64,000 nucleotides of DNA from NCBI GenBank assembly GCA_964016885.1, contig OZ024749.1, positions 26,970,001-27,034,000 of the forward strand, written 5' to 3'. Below, piece by piece: positions 10,885-24,725 of the stretch. The position numbers and the translations under genes are program-made. The first letter of the stretch is position 1. Each line of letters opens with the position of its first letter. The notes under the pieces were generated by a model. That model was not told the DNA's origin. It did not search any database and saw only the letters and a program-made list of their open reading frames with translations. This stretch comes from Eledone cirrhosa. Lineage: Eukaryota.

Positions 10885-12170
10885 CACAAGATTAGTATTG
10901 ACCACAAGACTTTTGGTGACTGTAAAAGGTTAGTAGTGGTCACAAAATCACATGACTTTGGTGACTGTACACAGCGACTATTGACCTCAAGTCTTTGGTG
11001 ACAGTACAAGGTCAGTATTGACCACGAGACTTTAGTCACAGCACAAGGTCACTATTGGCCACAAGGTTACAAGTCTTTGGTGACTGTACAAGGTCAGTAT
11101 TGACCACAAGGTCACATGACTGATCACAATACAAGGTCAGTATTGACCAGTAAGATACATGACTGATCACAGTACAAAGTCAGAATTGACCACAAGGCCA
11201 CATGACATAGGTGACAATACAAGGTCACATGACTGATCACAGTACAAGGCCACAATACAAAAACAGTGCAGGAGGTGGGTAGATTGAGTAAGATGAAGGT
11301 AAAAATCAAAAAATATGGGGGATAAAATATAAAGAAGAAAATATCCAGTAAAAGCAGGTAAAAACCAACCCCTGTAATTTAGGGGGCACCTTATATCCAC
11401 AAAACCCCTATACTCAGATACCAAATGTAGGCAAGAGGGGGCAAAAACTAACCCTTGTAATTTGGGGGGGGGGCACCTTATATCCACAAAATCCCTATAC
11501 ACAGACACCAAACGTAGGCAAGAGGGGGAAAAAACCAACCCCTGTAATTTAGGGGATCCCTTATATCTATAAAACCCCTATACACAGACAACAAACGTAG
11601 GCAAGAGGGGGCAAAAACCAACAGAAACACCAAAAAAGTGAGGAAGAGTAATGATCAGACTGGATAACTCGGAGCCCCTATACCGACAAAACTCCTTACA
11701 AAACCCACAAACATACCAAAAGCAGGTGTGGGGCTAAAGAGTATCTACAATAATTCAACGACCCTCTATACCATCAAAAAACCCCAAATAGAGAGACTAA
11801 ATGCAGGTAAGAACCAAAAACCAACCCCTGTAATTCAGGAACCTCCTATACCTACAAAAGGGATCATCTATATCTAACCCCCACCCCACCCTCACCCACC
11901 CACCAAAAAAAAACAAACAGAGGCACAAAATGCAGATGCGAGGATAATTCAGGGATCCCCTATACTTAGACTCCCTCCTGCAGAGGCACCAAATGCAGAT
12001 GAGTGGGGGCAATGGCTAGCAAGGATAATTCAAAGACTTCCTATACTTACCCCCCCCCCCCCCCCCCACCAAACAGAGGAACCAAATGCAAATGAGAGGG
12101 AGTAATGGCTAGCAAGGATAATTCAAGGACCTCTTATACTTACCCCACCCCCGCCCAGCACACTGCTAAA
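10885..12170. repeat. Two degenerate minisatellite blocks (10885-11250 'caaggtcagtattgaccacaag'; 11360-12170 with units of about 85 bp)
   Basis: Visible imperfect tandem units. Confidence 0.75.
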
Positions 12171-12204
12171 CAGAGAGACCAAAGCTGTGTAAAGTGAAAC
12201 TTAC

Positions 12205-12274
12205 TAATTGTCTTGATTTCATCAACTGGAGTGTGAGCTGTGATGTTCACTGGACTGGATATAACCTCATAAGA
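12205..12274 (-). CDS. ARHGAP45: RhoGAP exon E: SYEVISSPVNITAHTPVDEIKTI
   Basis: ccaacag| ... |gtaagt, 70 nt, phase 0->1, which bridges exons D and F exactly. The sequence is a poorly conserved linker. Confidence 0.78.
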
Positions 12275-12617
12275 CTGTTGGAGTAAAAACAGACAGACAT
12301 ATTAGAGAGGGGGGGAGGTTGTCATTTATTTGTTACATAATCACTGTTATACATATTTCCTTATGTCAACATGGACGGGTTTTTGATGTTGTTGAGGGAA
12401 CACTACCAATAGTCTGCCCATGAAATAATAGTGAATGGAAAGTGCATGAGTAATTTATTTTATTTTTGTTCATGACATTTTATTCATGTAATTTTCTGTT
12501 CACATATACTTTTGATGAGTCATCACTGTTACGTAATGAAATACGTATAATACAAATTGTGTAAGAAATGAATGAGTTAAATTCTAACCTACTAACCTAC
12601 TACATTGTTTTATACAT

Positions 12618-12649
<32 letters not shown>

Positions 12650-12918
12650 ACCAATCTTTATACTATTTGTTGAATAACATCTCATCTACTTTGTTGTTTA
12701 CAAACTAACATTTGTATGCATGAATATATGAAGGGAACAGGATAAATGATATAATTTTATATAATCATTTTATCCTATTTCCTCGATACTCCATATATTC
12801 ATACATGTGAGTCTCTGTGTGTGTATGTGTGTGTGTATGTATGTGTGTGTGTGTGTATGTGTGTGTGTATGTATGTGTGTGTATGTATGTGTGTGTATTA
12901 TGTGTGTGTGTATGTGTA

Positions 12919-12951
<33 letters not shown>

Positions 12952-14309
12952 TTAAAGTGAGATCACGGTGGTGGAGACACAAACATCACTTCATGCTCTG
13001 TGGCTTCACTTTTTGTCACTCGATACGCGACTGATTACAGAGTACGATAGACTGAGTAGTGAGCAATACTTAAACCATACAAATAGGTGAAACAGGGTAG
13101 ATGGGAACTGAGTATCTGGTGAAGCTTCTTCCAATTGTAATGGTTTGCTCCCTTCTGAACCCTCTTTGGGTTCTCGAGATATGCAATCTTTGTGCCTCCA
13201 AGGACAGGACACAGACCCATCAGCATTTGGAAAGGGAGACTTGTAATATATTTTTTTCAAACAGGCCTCTCAACCAGCTTGTGCTGTTCTGTAATTCTTT
13301 GTCTATTTCTAAATCAAATTTTGTCCCGTTCTAAGTCTAATGTTGCCCCGTTATAAATCTAATGTTGTTCCGTTCTAAATCTAATGTCTAGTTCTAAGTC
13401 TAATGTTGCCCCGTTATAAATCTAATTTTCTCTAGTTCTAAATCTAATTTTGTGCAGGAAGTTTGCATTTTGTGTGAAATATTATATACACTTACATTGT
13501 AAATGACAATTAAAATACTTAAAACGTTTATAAAACATTAAAAGTAGCCATTACATTACATTAGAAATGCTTCTCAGACTCTGAGAATATCAAAGACTGG
13601 GTCATGGCGCCTCCTTCAAAGATTTGTAGTTCTAAAATTTCCTTAAAATAAACTCAGGTCAGCATGATTTAAGATACGTTTTCCCTGCAAACAAGGATTA
13701 GTTGGGCCGTTATACAGACCAAGTTAATACATAATTGGAGCTACAAACCTCACAGATAGAGATATCTCACTCAAATATGTTCTTCTCACTTTACAGAGTG
13801 CCCTGGGTGCATTTTATCATAGCATTAAGACGAGGGAAGTGTTCATGCCTTTGCCAGAACTGAGGAGCCCTTTTGACCCTTTGTTTGGCAATTTACTATA
13901 GCTGGATGCCATTCCTATGACCAATGCCTTTACAAAGTGAACTAGGTATATTTTATCATGTCCCCAATACCAGAGAAGTTGTAGTGCACTTAACCCTTTA
14001 GCATTTACATTACTCTATATTTACTATTATATTTTCACAGTAAAGGCTTTATCTCATATAATATTGAATCTATGAAATTTTGATATTTATTTTGAGAACA
14101 ATACCTTAACATCAGTATGGGCAGCTGGTTTGAACAGAAAGAGGTGAGAGAATTCAGGACAGATACAGCTGGTTTAAATGCTAAAGGGTTATACACAACT
14201 GAGGCCCCTTGTTACAAGAAATTATATATGCCTTTTGATTGTTTTGAGGTCCTTCTTTACTTGAAGCCCTTATTAGATGTTTATTTTGCTAAATGGTTAA
14301 TCTAATATG

Positions 14310-15560
14310 GAGTTCCACTGAAGCAGATGGAGAAGTTCAATCATCTCCAGGCTGTGTTCACAAGTGATGGAAGGCAGGAGGCTGAATTAAGTGCAAGAAT
14401 CTCAAAAGCTGGTACAATAATTGCTTCTACTTTAGGCACAAGGCCAGCAATTACCCAGTGCATTACTGGTACTTTATTTTATTGACCCTGTAAGGATGAA
14501 AGGCAAAGTCAACCTCGGCGGGATTTGAACTCCGATCGTAAAGGGACGTAACTATGCTGGAAAGCATGGCGTCCGACCCTCTACCGAATACTGCCAATCC
14601 ACCAATATTGTACCAGCTTCAGCATTCAGTAATTAGAAGAAGGGAGATAAGCGTAAAAGCCAAACTCGCTTTCTTCAATTCGGTTTTTGTACCAATCCTT
14701 ACCTACAGTCATGAAAGAATACAATCACGAATACAAACGACTAAAAGGGCCTTTAGAGTAACGTTACTCAATAAAGTGCGTAGCTCATAGATCAGAGACT
14801 CACTCCAGGTAGAGCCGCTACTACTCTGAATTGAGAGATCACAGCTCCGATACTATGGATATAGGGTTAGAATGTCACAGGGAAGAACCACTGGACAGAT
14901 TTGTAGCTCGGAGATCAGAGAGTCACTTCAGGTAGAGCCGTTACTTCTCCGAATTGAGAGATCACAGCTCCGATGCTATGGATATAGGGTTAGAATGTCA
15001 CAGGGAAGAACCACTGGACAGATTTGTAGCTCGGAGATCAGAGAGTCACTTCAGGTAGAGCTGTTACTTCTCCGAATTGAGAGATCACAGCTCCGATGCT
15101 ATGGATATAGGGTTAGAATGTCACAGGGAAGAACCACTGGACAGATTTGTAGCTCGGAGATCAGAGAGTCACTTCAGGTAGAGCTGTTACTTCTCCGAAT
15201 TGAGAGATCACAGCTCCGATGCTATGGATATAGGGTTAGAATGTCACAGGGAAGAACCACTGGACAGATTTGTAGCTCGGAGATCAGAGAGTCACTTCAG
15301 GTAGAGCTGTTACTTCTCCGAATTGAGAGATCACAGCTCCGATGCTATGGATATAGGGTTAGAATGTCACAGGGAAGAACCACTGGACAGATTTGTAGCT
15401 CGGAGATCAGAGAGTCACTTCAGGTAGAGCTGTTACTTCTCCGAATTGAGAAATCACAGCTCCGATGCTATGGATATGGGGTTAGAATGTCTCAGGAAAG
15501 AATCACTGGACAGATTTTACGGGCAAAACCAACCGGCAGGAGACCCGGAGGTAGAGACCT
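14310..15560 (+). mobile_element. RTE LINE RT fragment interrupted by a SINE, with a 123-bp internal segment tandemly amplified about 6 times (about 14790-15520)
   Basis: Translation KAKLAFFNSVFVPILTY...EIRESLQVEPLLLRIERSQLR.YG..RM...KPTGRRP, with a 41-aa repeat. Confidence 0.85.
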
Positions 15561-15689
15561 AGAGAGAGGGGGAGGGAGAGAGAGAGTTATATAAATGTAT
15601 ATATACATATATACATACATACATACATATATATACATTTATATATATATATGTTGTTATTTACTTTTCCAATATATATATATATATAT

Positions 15690-16420
15690 ATTGTTATACT
15701 TTGGGAGGGTCATGTTGCCAATAAGAAACACACGCACCAGTTGCTTTCACTTCAATTTATTATAATAAATTTATAAATTTAGGAATTTATAAATTTCCGG
15801 TTGGTTGGTTTGTTCCACAACCAGATGATTGTTTATATATTGTCAAAGTTCTTTCGTCACACATTCTGTGACCTCTTCAGTGACTGGGGATTCTTTTCTT
15901 TGTTTTTGTGCCTCTCCTTTGTACTGTCCTACGCCATCTTGTTTTTGTGCGTGTTGTGTGCTGAGTTTGCGCATGCGTTACATCCGGATGTCTGTGTGTG
16001 TTTATATTTGTTTATTTATTTGTTTATTTACATGTTACTGGTTGGTTGTTTGTTCTATGTACGTGTGTGTCTTCATTTTGTCCTTAATATTTTCTATTTA
16101 ATTTTGGTTGGAGTTCATTTATATTTATTGCCTCTGTGATTTGTCTAAACATTGCGTCTTTTCTGTGTGTAGATTCTATTTTTATTTCTATGTTCTCTAA
16201 TTTACCCTTATGTTCTATTTTAGCATGTTGGTAGAGTACAGATGATTCTTTACTATCTTGAAGGTCTCGCCAGTGTTCATTTATCCGTTCCCCTATACTA
16301 CGAGCTGTCTCACCTATGTACACTATATTCTTATATATATATATATATACACACACACACAAACAAATAAACAGGTACACAAGAGTAAAAAAGTCAGTGA
16401 CATGTCACAAAAGTGTGTGC
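15690..16420 (-). mobile_element. 5'-truncated PLE of a second family: GIY-YIG C-terminus, 3' pLTR and a short inverted pLTR piece
   Basis: ORF VYIGETARSIGERINEH...LYQHAKIEH...RQITEAINI...PKLN (16084-16330), a downstream hammerhead, and flanking (TA)n. Confidence 0.85.
15842..15884 (-). ncRNA. Minimal type I hammerhead ribozyme with an intact core
   Basis: GTCA-CTGAAGA-GGTCACAgaatgTGTGAC-GAA-AGaaCT-T-TGAC. Stems I, II and III and the core are all present. Confidence 0.82.
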
Positions 16421-16825
16421 GTATATATATATATACACTATTGTGTGTATAGTCAAATCGTGATATTCTGTACAATACACCCACACATCTAAACAGTGTC
16501 ACCATTAAATTGAATGATTGTGACATCATGCTGATGACGACATACAGTGTAGCTTATATCAGTGTGTATAAACATGTGACACACACACACACACACACAC
16601 ACATACATATATATGTAGTGTATGTGTGTATACATACAATCAAGAGGTTGTGAGTTTGATTCCTGAACCGGGTTGATGCGTTATGTCTTTGAGCAAGATA
16701 CTTTATTTCACATTGCTCCTTCTGCCAGGATTTGCAACTGGTAGATAGTATTATCAATTAGAAAAACCAATGGTAGTATTGTTTCCTCAGTCCAATTTGA
16801 AGAGGTCTGGGATCTTGTTGATCGA

Positions 16826-16886
<61 letters not shown>

Positions 16887-17029
16887 TGTACATACAGAGT
16901 ATACGTGTATACATATACACACATAGGACTGTCAAATGTCTGACTGTAGATGTATCTAAAACAAACCTGGAGTTATCTACAAAATAAAACCATCGAATAT
17001 CTTCAGTAAAATTTCACTACAGTTTTTTA

Positions 17030-19498
17030 AGAGACATTCTCCAGTATAATATCTCCACAGTGTTCTAAAAGAGACGCTCTCTAGTATAATATCTCTACAG
17101 TATTCTAAAAGAGACGCTCTCCAGTATAATATCTCTACAGTATTCTAAAAGAGACGCTCTCTAGTATAATTTCTACAGTATTTTAAAAGAGACACTCTAG
17201 TATAATATCTCTACAGTATTCTAAAAGAGACGCTCTCTAGTATAATCTCTACAGTATTCTAAAAGAGACACTCTAGTATAATATCTCTACAGTATTCTAA
17301 AAGAGATGCTCTCCAGTATAATATCTCTACAGTATTCTAAAAGAGACGCTCTCTAGTATAATTTCTACAGTATTCTAAAAGAGACACTCTAGTATAATTT
17401 CTCTACAGTATTCTAAAAGAGACGCTCTCTAGTATAATCTCTACAGTATTCTAAAAGAGACACTCTAGTATAATATCTCTACAGTATTCTAAAAGAGACG
17501 CTCTCTAGTATAATTTCTCCACAGTGTTCTAAAAGAGACGCTCTCTAGTATAATATCTCTACAGTATTCTAAAAGAGACGCTCTCTAGTATAATCTCTAC
17601 AGTATTCTAAAAGAGACACTCTAGTATAATATCTCTACAGTATTCTAAAAGAGACGCTCTCTAGTATAATTTCTCCACAGTGTTCTAAAAGAGACGCTCT
17701 CTAGTATAATATCTCTACAGTATTCTAAAAGAGACGCTCTCTAGTATAATATCTCTACAGTATTCTAAAAGAGATGCTCTCTAGTATAATATCTCTACAG
17801 TATTCTAAAAGAGACGCTCTCTAGTGTAATATCTCTACAGTATTCTAAAAGAGACGCTCTCTAGTGTAATATCTCTACAGTATTCTAAAAGAGATGCTCT
17901 CTAGTATAATTTCTCCACAGTGTTCTAAAAGAGACACTCTAGTATAATATCTCTACAGTATTCTAAAAGAGACGCTCTCTAGTATAATATCTCTACAGTA
18001 TTCTAAAAGAGACGCTCTCTAGTATAATATCTCTACAGTATTCTAAAAGAGACGCTCTCTAGTATAATATCTCTACAGTATTCTAAAAGAGACGCTCTCT
18101 CGTATAATCTCTACAGTATTCTAAAAGAGACGCTCTCTAGTATAATATCTCTACAGTATTCTAAAAGAGACACTCTCTAGTATAATATCTCTACAGTATT
18201 CTAAAAGAGACGCTCTCTAGTATAATATCTCTACAGTATTCTAAAAGAGACGCTCTCTAGTATAATATCTCTACAGTATTCTAAAAGAGACGCTCTCTAG
18301 TATAATATCTCTACAGTATTCTAAAAGAGACTCTCTAGTATAATATCTCTACAGTATTCTAAAAGAGACGCTCTCTAGTATAATATCTCTACAGTATTCT
18401 AAAAGAGACGCTCTCTAGTATAATATCTCTACAGTATTCTAAAAGAGACACTCTCTAGTATAATATCTCTACAGTATTCTAAAAGAGACGCTCTCTAGTA
18501 TAATATCTCTACAGTATTCTAAAAGAGACGCTCTCTAGTATAATATATCTACAGTATTCTAAAAGAGACGCTCTCTAGTATAATTTCTCTACAGTATTCT
18601 AAAAGAGACGCTCTCTAGTATAATTTCTCTACAGTATTCTAAAAGAGACGCTCTCTAGTATAATTTCTCTACAGTATTCTAAAAGAGACGCTCTCTAGTA
18701 TAATATCTCTACAGTATTCTAAAAGAGACGCTCTCTAGTATAATATCTCTACAGTATTCTAAAAGAGATGCTCTCTAGTATAATATCTCTACAGTATTCT
18801 AAAAGAGATGCTCTATAGTATAATATCTCTACAGTATTCTAAAAGAGATGCTCTCTAGTATAATATCTCTACAGTATTCTAAAAGAGACGCTCTCTAGTG
18901 TAATATCTCTACAGTACTCTAAAAGAGACGCTCTCTAGTGTAATATCTCTACAGTATTCTAAAAGAGATGCTCTCTAGTATAATTTCTCCACAGTGTTCT
19001 AAAAGAGACACTCTCTAGTATAATATCTCTACAGTATTCTAAAAGAGATGCTCTCTAGTATAATTTCTCCAGTGTTCTAAAAGAGACGCTCTCTAGTATA
19101 ATATCTCTACAGTATTCTAAAAGAGACGCTCTCTAGTATAATATCTCTACAGTATTCTAAAAGAGACGCTCTCTAGTATAATTTCTCTACAGTATTCTAA
19201 AAGAGATGCTCTCTAGTATAATTTCTCTACAGTATTCTAAAAGAGACGCTCTCTAGTATAATTTCTCTACAGTATTCTAAAAGAGACGCTCTCTAGTATA
19301 ATATCTCTACAGTATTCTAAAAGAGACGCTCTCTAGTATAATATCTCTACAGTATTCTAAAAGAGATGCTCTCTAGTATAATATCTCTACAGTATTCTAA
19401 AAGAGACGCTCTCTAGTATAATTTCTCTACAGTATTCTAAAAGAGATGCTCTCTAGTATAATTTCTCTACAGTATTCTAAAAGAGACGCTCTCTAGTG
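17030..19498. repeat. 40-bp satellite, about 60 copies
   Basis: Unit ctctctagtataatatctctacagtattctaaaagagacg. Confidence 0.97.
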
Positions 19499-19699
19499 GG
19501 CCTTCTCCAGGAAGGGAAAGAAAAGGAAGACTCAAAGTTGTATTTCAAATATTATTGACCCCAAAATTGCTGGCCTAGGGCTAATGTTGGAAGGGATTAT
19601 TTGGGAGGTGGGAGGGGGGGGGGTCAGAGAAGAAAAGACAAATGTAGCACTTGAGTTAAAAGGTCAGAGAAGGTGAAACTAATCCATCTACATATTTAC

Positions 19700-19982
19700 A
19701 CATCTAGTTAGAGATATTTTACTACCTATCTATCTACAGATCTAGTTAGAGATATCTAACTACCTACATGTCTATCTATCTATCTCTCTACAGATCTAGT
19801 TATAGATATCTAACTACCTACATGTCTATCTATCTATCTATCTACAGATCGAGTTATAGATATCTAACTACCTACATGTCTATCTATCTATCTATCTACA
19901 GATCTAGTTAGAGATATCTAACTACCTACATATCTATCTATCTATCTCTACTTTTACCCCTCTCTCTCTCTCTCTCTCTACT

Positions 19983-20013
<31 letters not shown>

Positions 20014-20016
20014 ACT

Positions 20017-20047
<31 letters not shown>

Positions 20048-20057
20048 ACTTTTACCC

Positions 20058-20122
<65 letters not shown>

Positions 20123-20183
20123 TACATACACACATACACTCATACATATATACATACATATAAATATACATATATATACATAC

Positions 20184-20214
<31 letters not shown>

Positions 20215-20300
20215 TATAGATACATACATATACACACATATACATACATACATATACACATATACATGCATACATATATACACACACACACATATACATG

Positions 20301-20336
<36 letters not shown>

Positions 20337-20400
20337 CACATATATATATATATATACACACACACATACATGATGATGATGGCTGCAATTTGATTTCAAG
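19700..20400. repeat. Compound repeats: about 55-bp agatctagttagagatatctaactacctacatg units, (CT)n and (TA/CA)n
   Basis: Seen directly. Confidence 0.85.
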
Positions 20401-20714
20401 TAATGCCATAGCTTGATACTTTAACATGAGCATCATGGACATGGCTATTTAGTCCTCCTAATACATACATATATATACATATATACTTATACATATATAC
20501 ACATACATATATACACACATATACACTTGTCCCCAACCTCTTCATTCCTCACCTGTATTATTTACACCATTCATTCTCTCTTAACCACCTGACCGTGACA
20601 TCAACAGAAAACTATAAAAGTGAGGCTGCTGCTGTTGTTGTTGTTGTTGTTGTAACTACTGTTTGTGTAGTTGCTATTGTATTGCTGCTGTTAAACTTCT
20701 ACAGTTCATATTGT

Positions 20715-22490
20715 TGATGGTGGTGGTGGTGGTGGTGGTGGTGGTTGTGGTAGTGTTGTTGTTGTTGGTGGTAGTATTGTTGTTGTTGGTGGTGGTGGTT
20801 GTGGTAGTGTTGTTGTTGGTGGAGTTGTTGGTAGTAGTGTTGGTGGTGGTGGTAAATGTTGGTGGTGGTGGTAGTGTTGTTGTTGGTGATGATAGTGTTG
20901 TTGGTGATAGTGGTAGTGTTGTTGGTGGTGTTGGTGATGGTGGTAGTGTTGTTGTTGGTGATGGTGGTAGTGTTGTTGGTGGTGGTAATGTTGTTGGTGA
21001 TGATAGTGTTGTTGTTGGTGATGATAGTGTTGTTGTTGGTGATGGTGGTAGTGTTGTTGGTGGTGGTGGTAAATGTTGGTGGTGGTGGTAGTGTTGTTGG
21101 TGATGATGGTAGTGTTGTTGGTGGTGGTGGTAAATGTTGGTGGTGGTGATAGTGTTGTTGGTGATGGTGGTAGTGTTGTTGGTGATGGTGGTAGTGTTGT
21201 TGGTGGTGGTGGTAAATGTTGGTGGTGGTGATAGTGTTGTTGTTGGTGATGGTGGTAGTGTTGTTGTTGGTGATGGTGGTAGTGTTGTTGTTGGTGATGG
21301 TGGTAGTGTTGTTGTTGGTGATGGTGGTAGTGTTGTTGTTGGTGATGGTGGTAGTGTTGTTGTTGGTGATGGTGGTAGTGTTGGTGGTGGTGGTAGTGTT
21401 GGTGGTGGTAGTGGTGATTAAGGTGTTGTTGGTGGTGGTGGTGTTATTGGTGGTGGTGGTGGTGTTGGTGGTGGTGGTGGTGTTGGTGGTGGTAGTGTTG
21501 TTGGTGGTGATAGTGTTGTTGTTGGTGATGGTGGTAGTGTTGTTGGTGGTGGTAGTGTTGGTGGTGGTAGTGTTGTTGGTGGTGGTAGTGTTGGTGGTGG
21601 TAGTGGTGTTATTGGTGGTGGTGGTGGTGGTAGTGTTTTTGGTAGTTGTGGTGGTGGTATTGTTGGTGGTGGTTGAGGTGTTGGTGGTGGTGGTAGTGGT
21701 GTTATTGGTGGTGGTGGTGTTGTTGGTGGTGTTGGTGGTGGTAGTGTTGTTGGTAGTAGTGGTGGTGGTATTGGTGGTGGTTGAGGTGTTGGTGATGGTG
21801 GTAGTGGTGTTATTGGTGGTGGTGGTGTTGGTGGTGTTGGTGGTGGTAGTGTTGTTGGTAGTAGTGGTGGTGGTATTGGTGGTGGTGATGTTGGTAGTGG
21901 TGGTGGTGTTGTTATTGGTAGTAGTGGTGTTGGTGGTGGTAGTGGTGTTCTTGGTGGTGGTAGTGTTGGTGGTGGTGGTGGTTGAGTGGTTCCTCTTCCC
22001 ACCCAATACACTAACTACCACCCCACACCTTCCATCCTCTTGTTTACCACAAACTTCTCCATCACACCTTAGACTGTTCCTACCAACACTGCTATCCTCC
22101 CCCTCCCCTTTATTCATGAATACCTTGGCTGTCCCCACCCACACAGTTATCCCTCCACACCTACACTTTTACCCCCTCCTTCCTTCTTTCATCAATACCA
22201 GACTGTTTCCTTTCTACCTCCTGTTAACAGAAGTCCTACTAACAGTAGCAAGAACAACAATACTACAACACCAACATCACTACCACCAACAACAACACCA
22301 CCACAATCACTACCACCACCACAGCAACCACCATTACCATCAACAACAACACTACCACCAACAACCACCACCACCACATCCACAACCACCAACACAACAA
22401 CAACAATCACCAACACAACAACCACCAGTACCACCACCAACAACACTACTACCACCACCACAACCACAAACACCAAACACACTAGACTGG
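20715..22490. repeat. Cryptic trinucleotide (GGT/GTT/GAT)n block followed by a complementary (ACC/AAC)n block
   Basis: Low complexity. The poly-Val/Thr ORFs here are artefacts. Confidence 0.9.
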
Positions 22491-22639
22491 TGATAACATA
22501 TCACACTAGTGTTTGGTGTGGCTTGTTAAAGATAAGGGCCGAGTGTTCCACAAGATCTCAAGCTTGATCTCTAGTAACTAACATCACTCACGTTGGGCCA
22601 CTACAGATACCCTAACACATTTATGATGGTTCTACAACA

Positions 22640-23180
22640 TCTGAAGCCCCACCTCCAGTCATTAACACCACCCACGCTGAGCCTACAAATACCCTAATAC
22701 ATCCAGGATGGTTCTAATCTCAGGCCCTACCTCCAGCCAGTAACACCACCCACGCTGAGCCTACAGATACCCTAATACATCCAGGATGGTTCTAATCTCA
22801 GGCCCTACCTCCAGCCAGTAACACCACCCACGCTGAGCCTACAGATACCCTAATACATCCAGAATGGTTCTAATCTCAGGCCCTACCTCCAGCCAGTAAC
22901 ACCACCCACGCTGAGCCTACAGATACCCTAATACATCCAGGATGGTTCTAATATCAGGCCATACCTCCAGCCAGTAACACCACCCACGCTGGGCCTCCAC
23001 AGATACCCTAATACATCCAGGATGGTTCAACAAGATCTCAGGTTCAACAAGATCTCAGGTCCCAACTTCAGCCACTAATACCACCTACGCTGGGCCTACA
23101 TAGATACCTTAACACAGAATCGTTCTACAAAATTTCAAGCCCTACCTCCTGTCATCAATACCACCTACACTGGTCCTTTA
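22640..23180. repeat. About 70-bp tandem repeat, 6-7 copies
   Basis: Unit acaccacccacgctgagcctacagataccctaatacatccaggatggttctaatctcaggccctacctccagccagta. Confidence 0.9.
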
Positions 23181-24139
23181 CTAATATCCTAACATATTCA
23201 GGAAGAAGTGTTTAACCCAGTCATGGGCAAACTGCAGTCCAAGGACCACATACAACCTATTTCCCTTTCTAAATGGCACTCCTAACAAAAAAAATTACCT
23301 TGAATTTATTTTAGTTGTGAGACCTGCATTATGCTGAGTTACATCTCATAGCTCACTCCTAAAAAAAGGTTTCCCATGCTTGAAATGACCCATTCATTAA
23401 CCTACCTATAATTATAAATAAACATCACATGACATAAGAGGTGACTAAAAGGATTGGAATCAGGAAAAGCATCTGGCTGTAAAACATTGTCTCAAAACAT
23501 CCCTTCCAACCCAAGTCATCATGGAGATGAGGATTTCATTATCAACACTTTAGCATTTACATAACTCTATATTTACTATTTTATTTTCATGGTAAACATT
23601 TTATCTCATATAATTATTGCACATAATAGCGAATCTACAAGATTTTGATATTATTTATTTTGAGAACAATACCATAACATAAGTACTTGCAGCTGGTTAC
23701 AGCTGGTTTGAACAGAAAGAGGTGAGAGAATTCTGGCCGGGTATGACCAGTTTAAATGGTAAAGGGTTAAGATAGTATTTAGGGCAGTGGACTGGCAGAA
23801 TCAGTAGAGCATCAGATAACATGCTTTGCTGCATATAGTTACGGCCCTTTACCTTCGGAATTCAAATCCCGACGAGGTTAGCTTTGCCTTTCATCCTTAC
23901 AGGGTCTATAAAATAAAGTACCAGTAATGCACTGGTTTTGATTTAATCAATTTTCTCCTCCCCCAAAATTGTGGGCCTTGGGCCAGATATAGAAACAATT
24001 ATTATGATGGTATTTCTAAAATAACAAAAGGCTCCTATATTAAATTATGTTGGAAGATTTTAATTTAAATAAGGACTCTTTAAAATAAGGGGTTCTGCTT
24101 CATAGAACTAGAAGTGGGGTTGGTATAGGTTGGCATCAT

Positions 24140-24725
24140 AAGACAGAGACACACAGACAGTGGGAGACACATACAGTGACACACACACACACACACACAG
24201 CAACACATACACACTGACACAGCGACATACTGTGATACACACACACACACACACACACAGCAACACATACACACTGACACAGCAACATACTGTGATACAC
24301 ACACACACACACAGCGACACATACACACTGACACACACACAGCGACATACTATGATACACACACAGCAACATACTGTGATACACACACACACAGCAACAC
24401 ACACTGACACACACACAGCGACATACTGTGATACACATACACACACAGCAACACATACACACTGACACATACACAGCGACATACTGTGATACACACACAG
24501 ACAGAGTGAGTGATATAAACACACACACACAGAGGCATACATCACACATACACACACACTGACAGTGTGATACACACACAGACACACAAGACAGACAGTG
24601 ATACACACATATACACACACAGACAGAGAGAGACAGCTACATACACACACACACAGACAGACAGGCAGAGAGACAGCTACACACATACATATGCACACAC
24701 ACACACACGCGCGCGCACACACTGA
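24140..24725. repeat. (CA)-rich compound minisatellite
   Basis: acagcgacatactgtgatac(ac)n units. Confidence 0.85.

Noticed and set aside
12990-13330. Possible CR1/L2 remnant or exon
   Set aside because: Only a faint RVQK-like similarity, too weak to call.
20663-22493. Long mucin-like poly-Thr/Val/Pro ORFs
   Set aside because: The trinucleotide repeat is open in several frames on both strands, and there is no splice or domain support.
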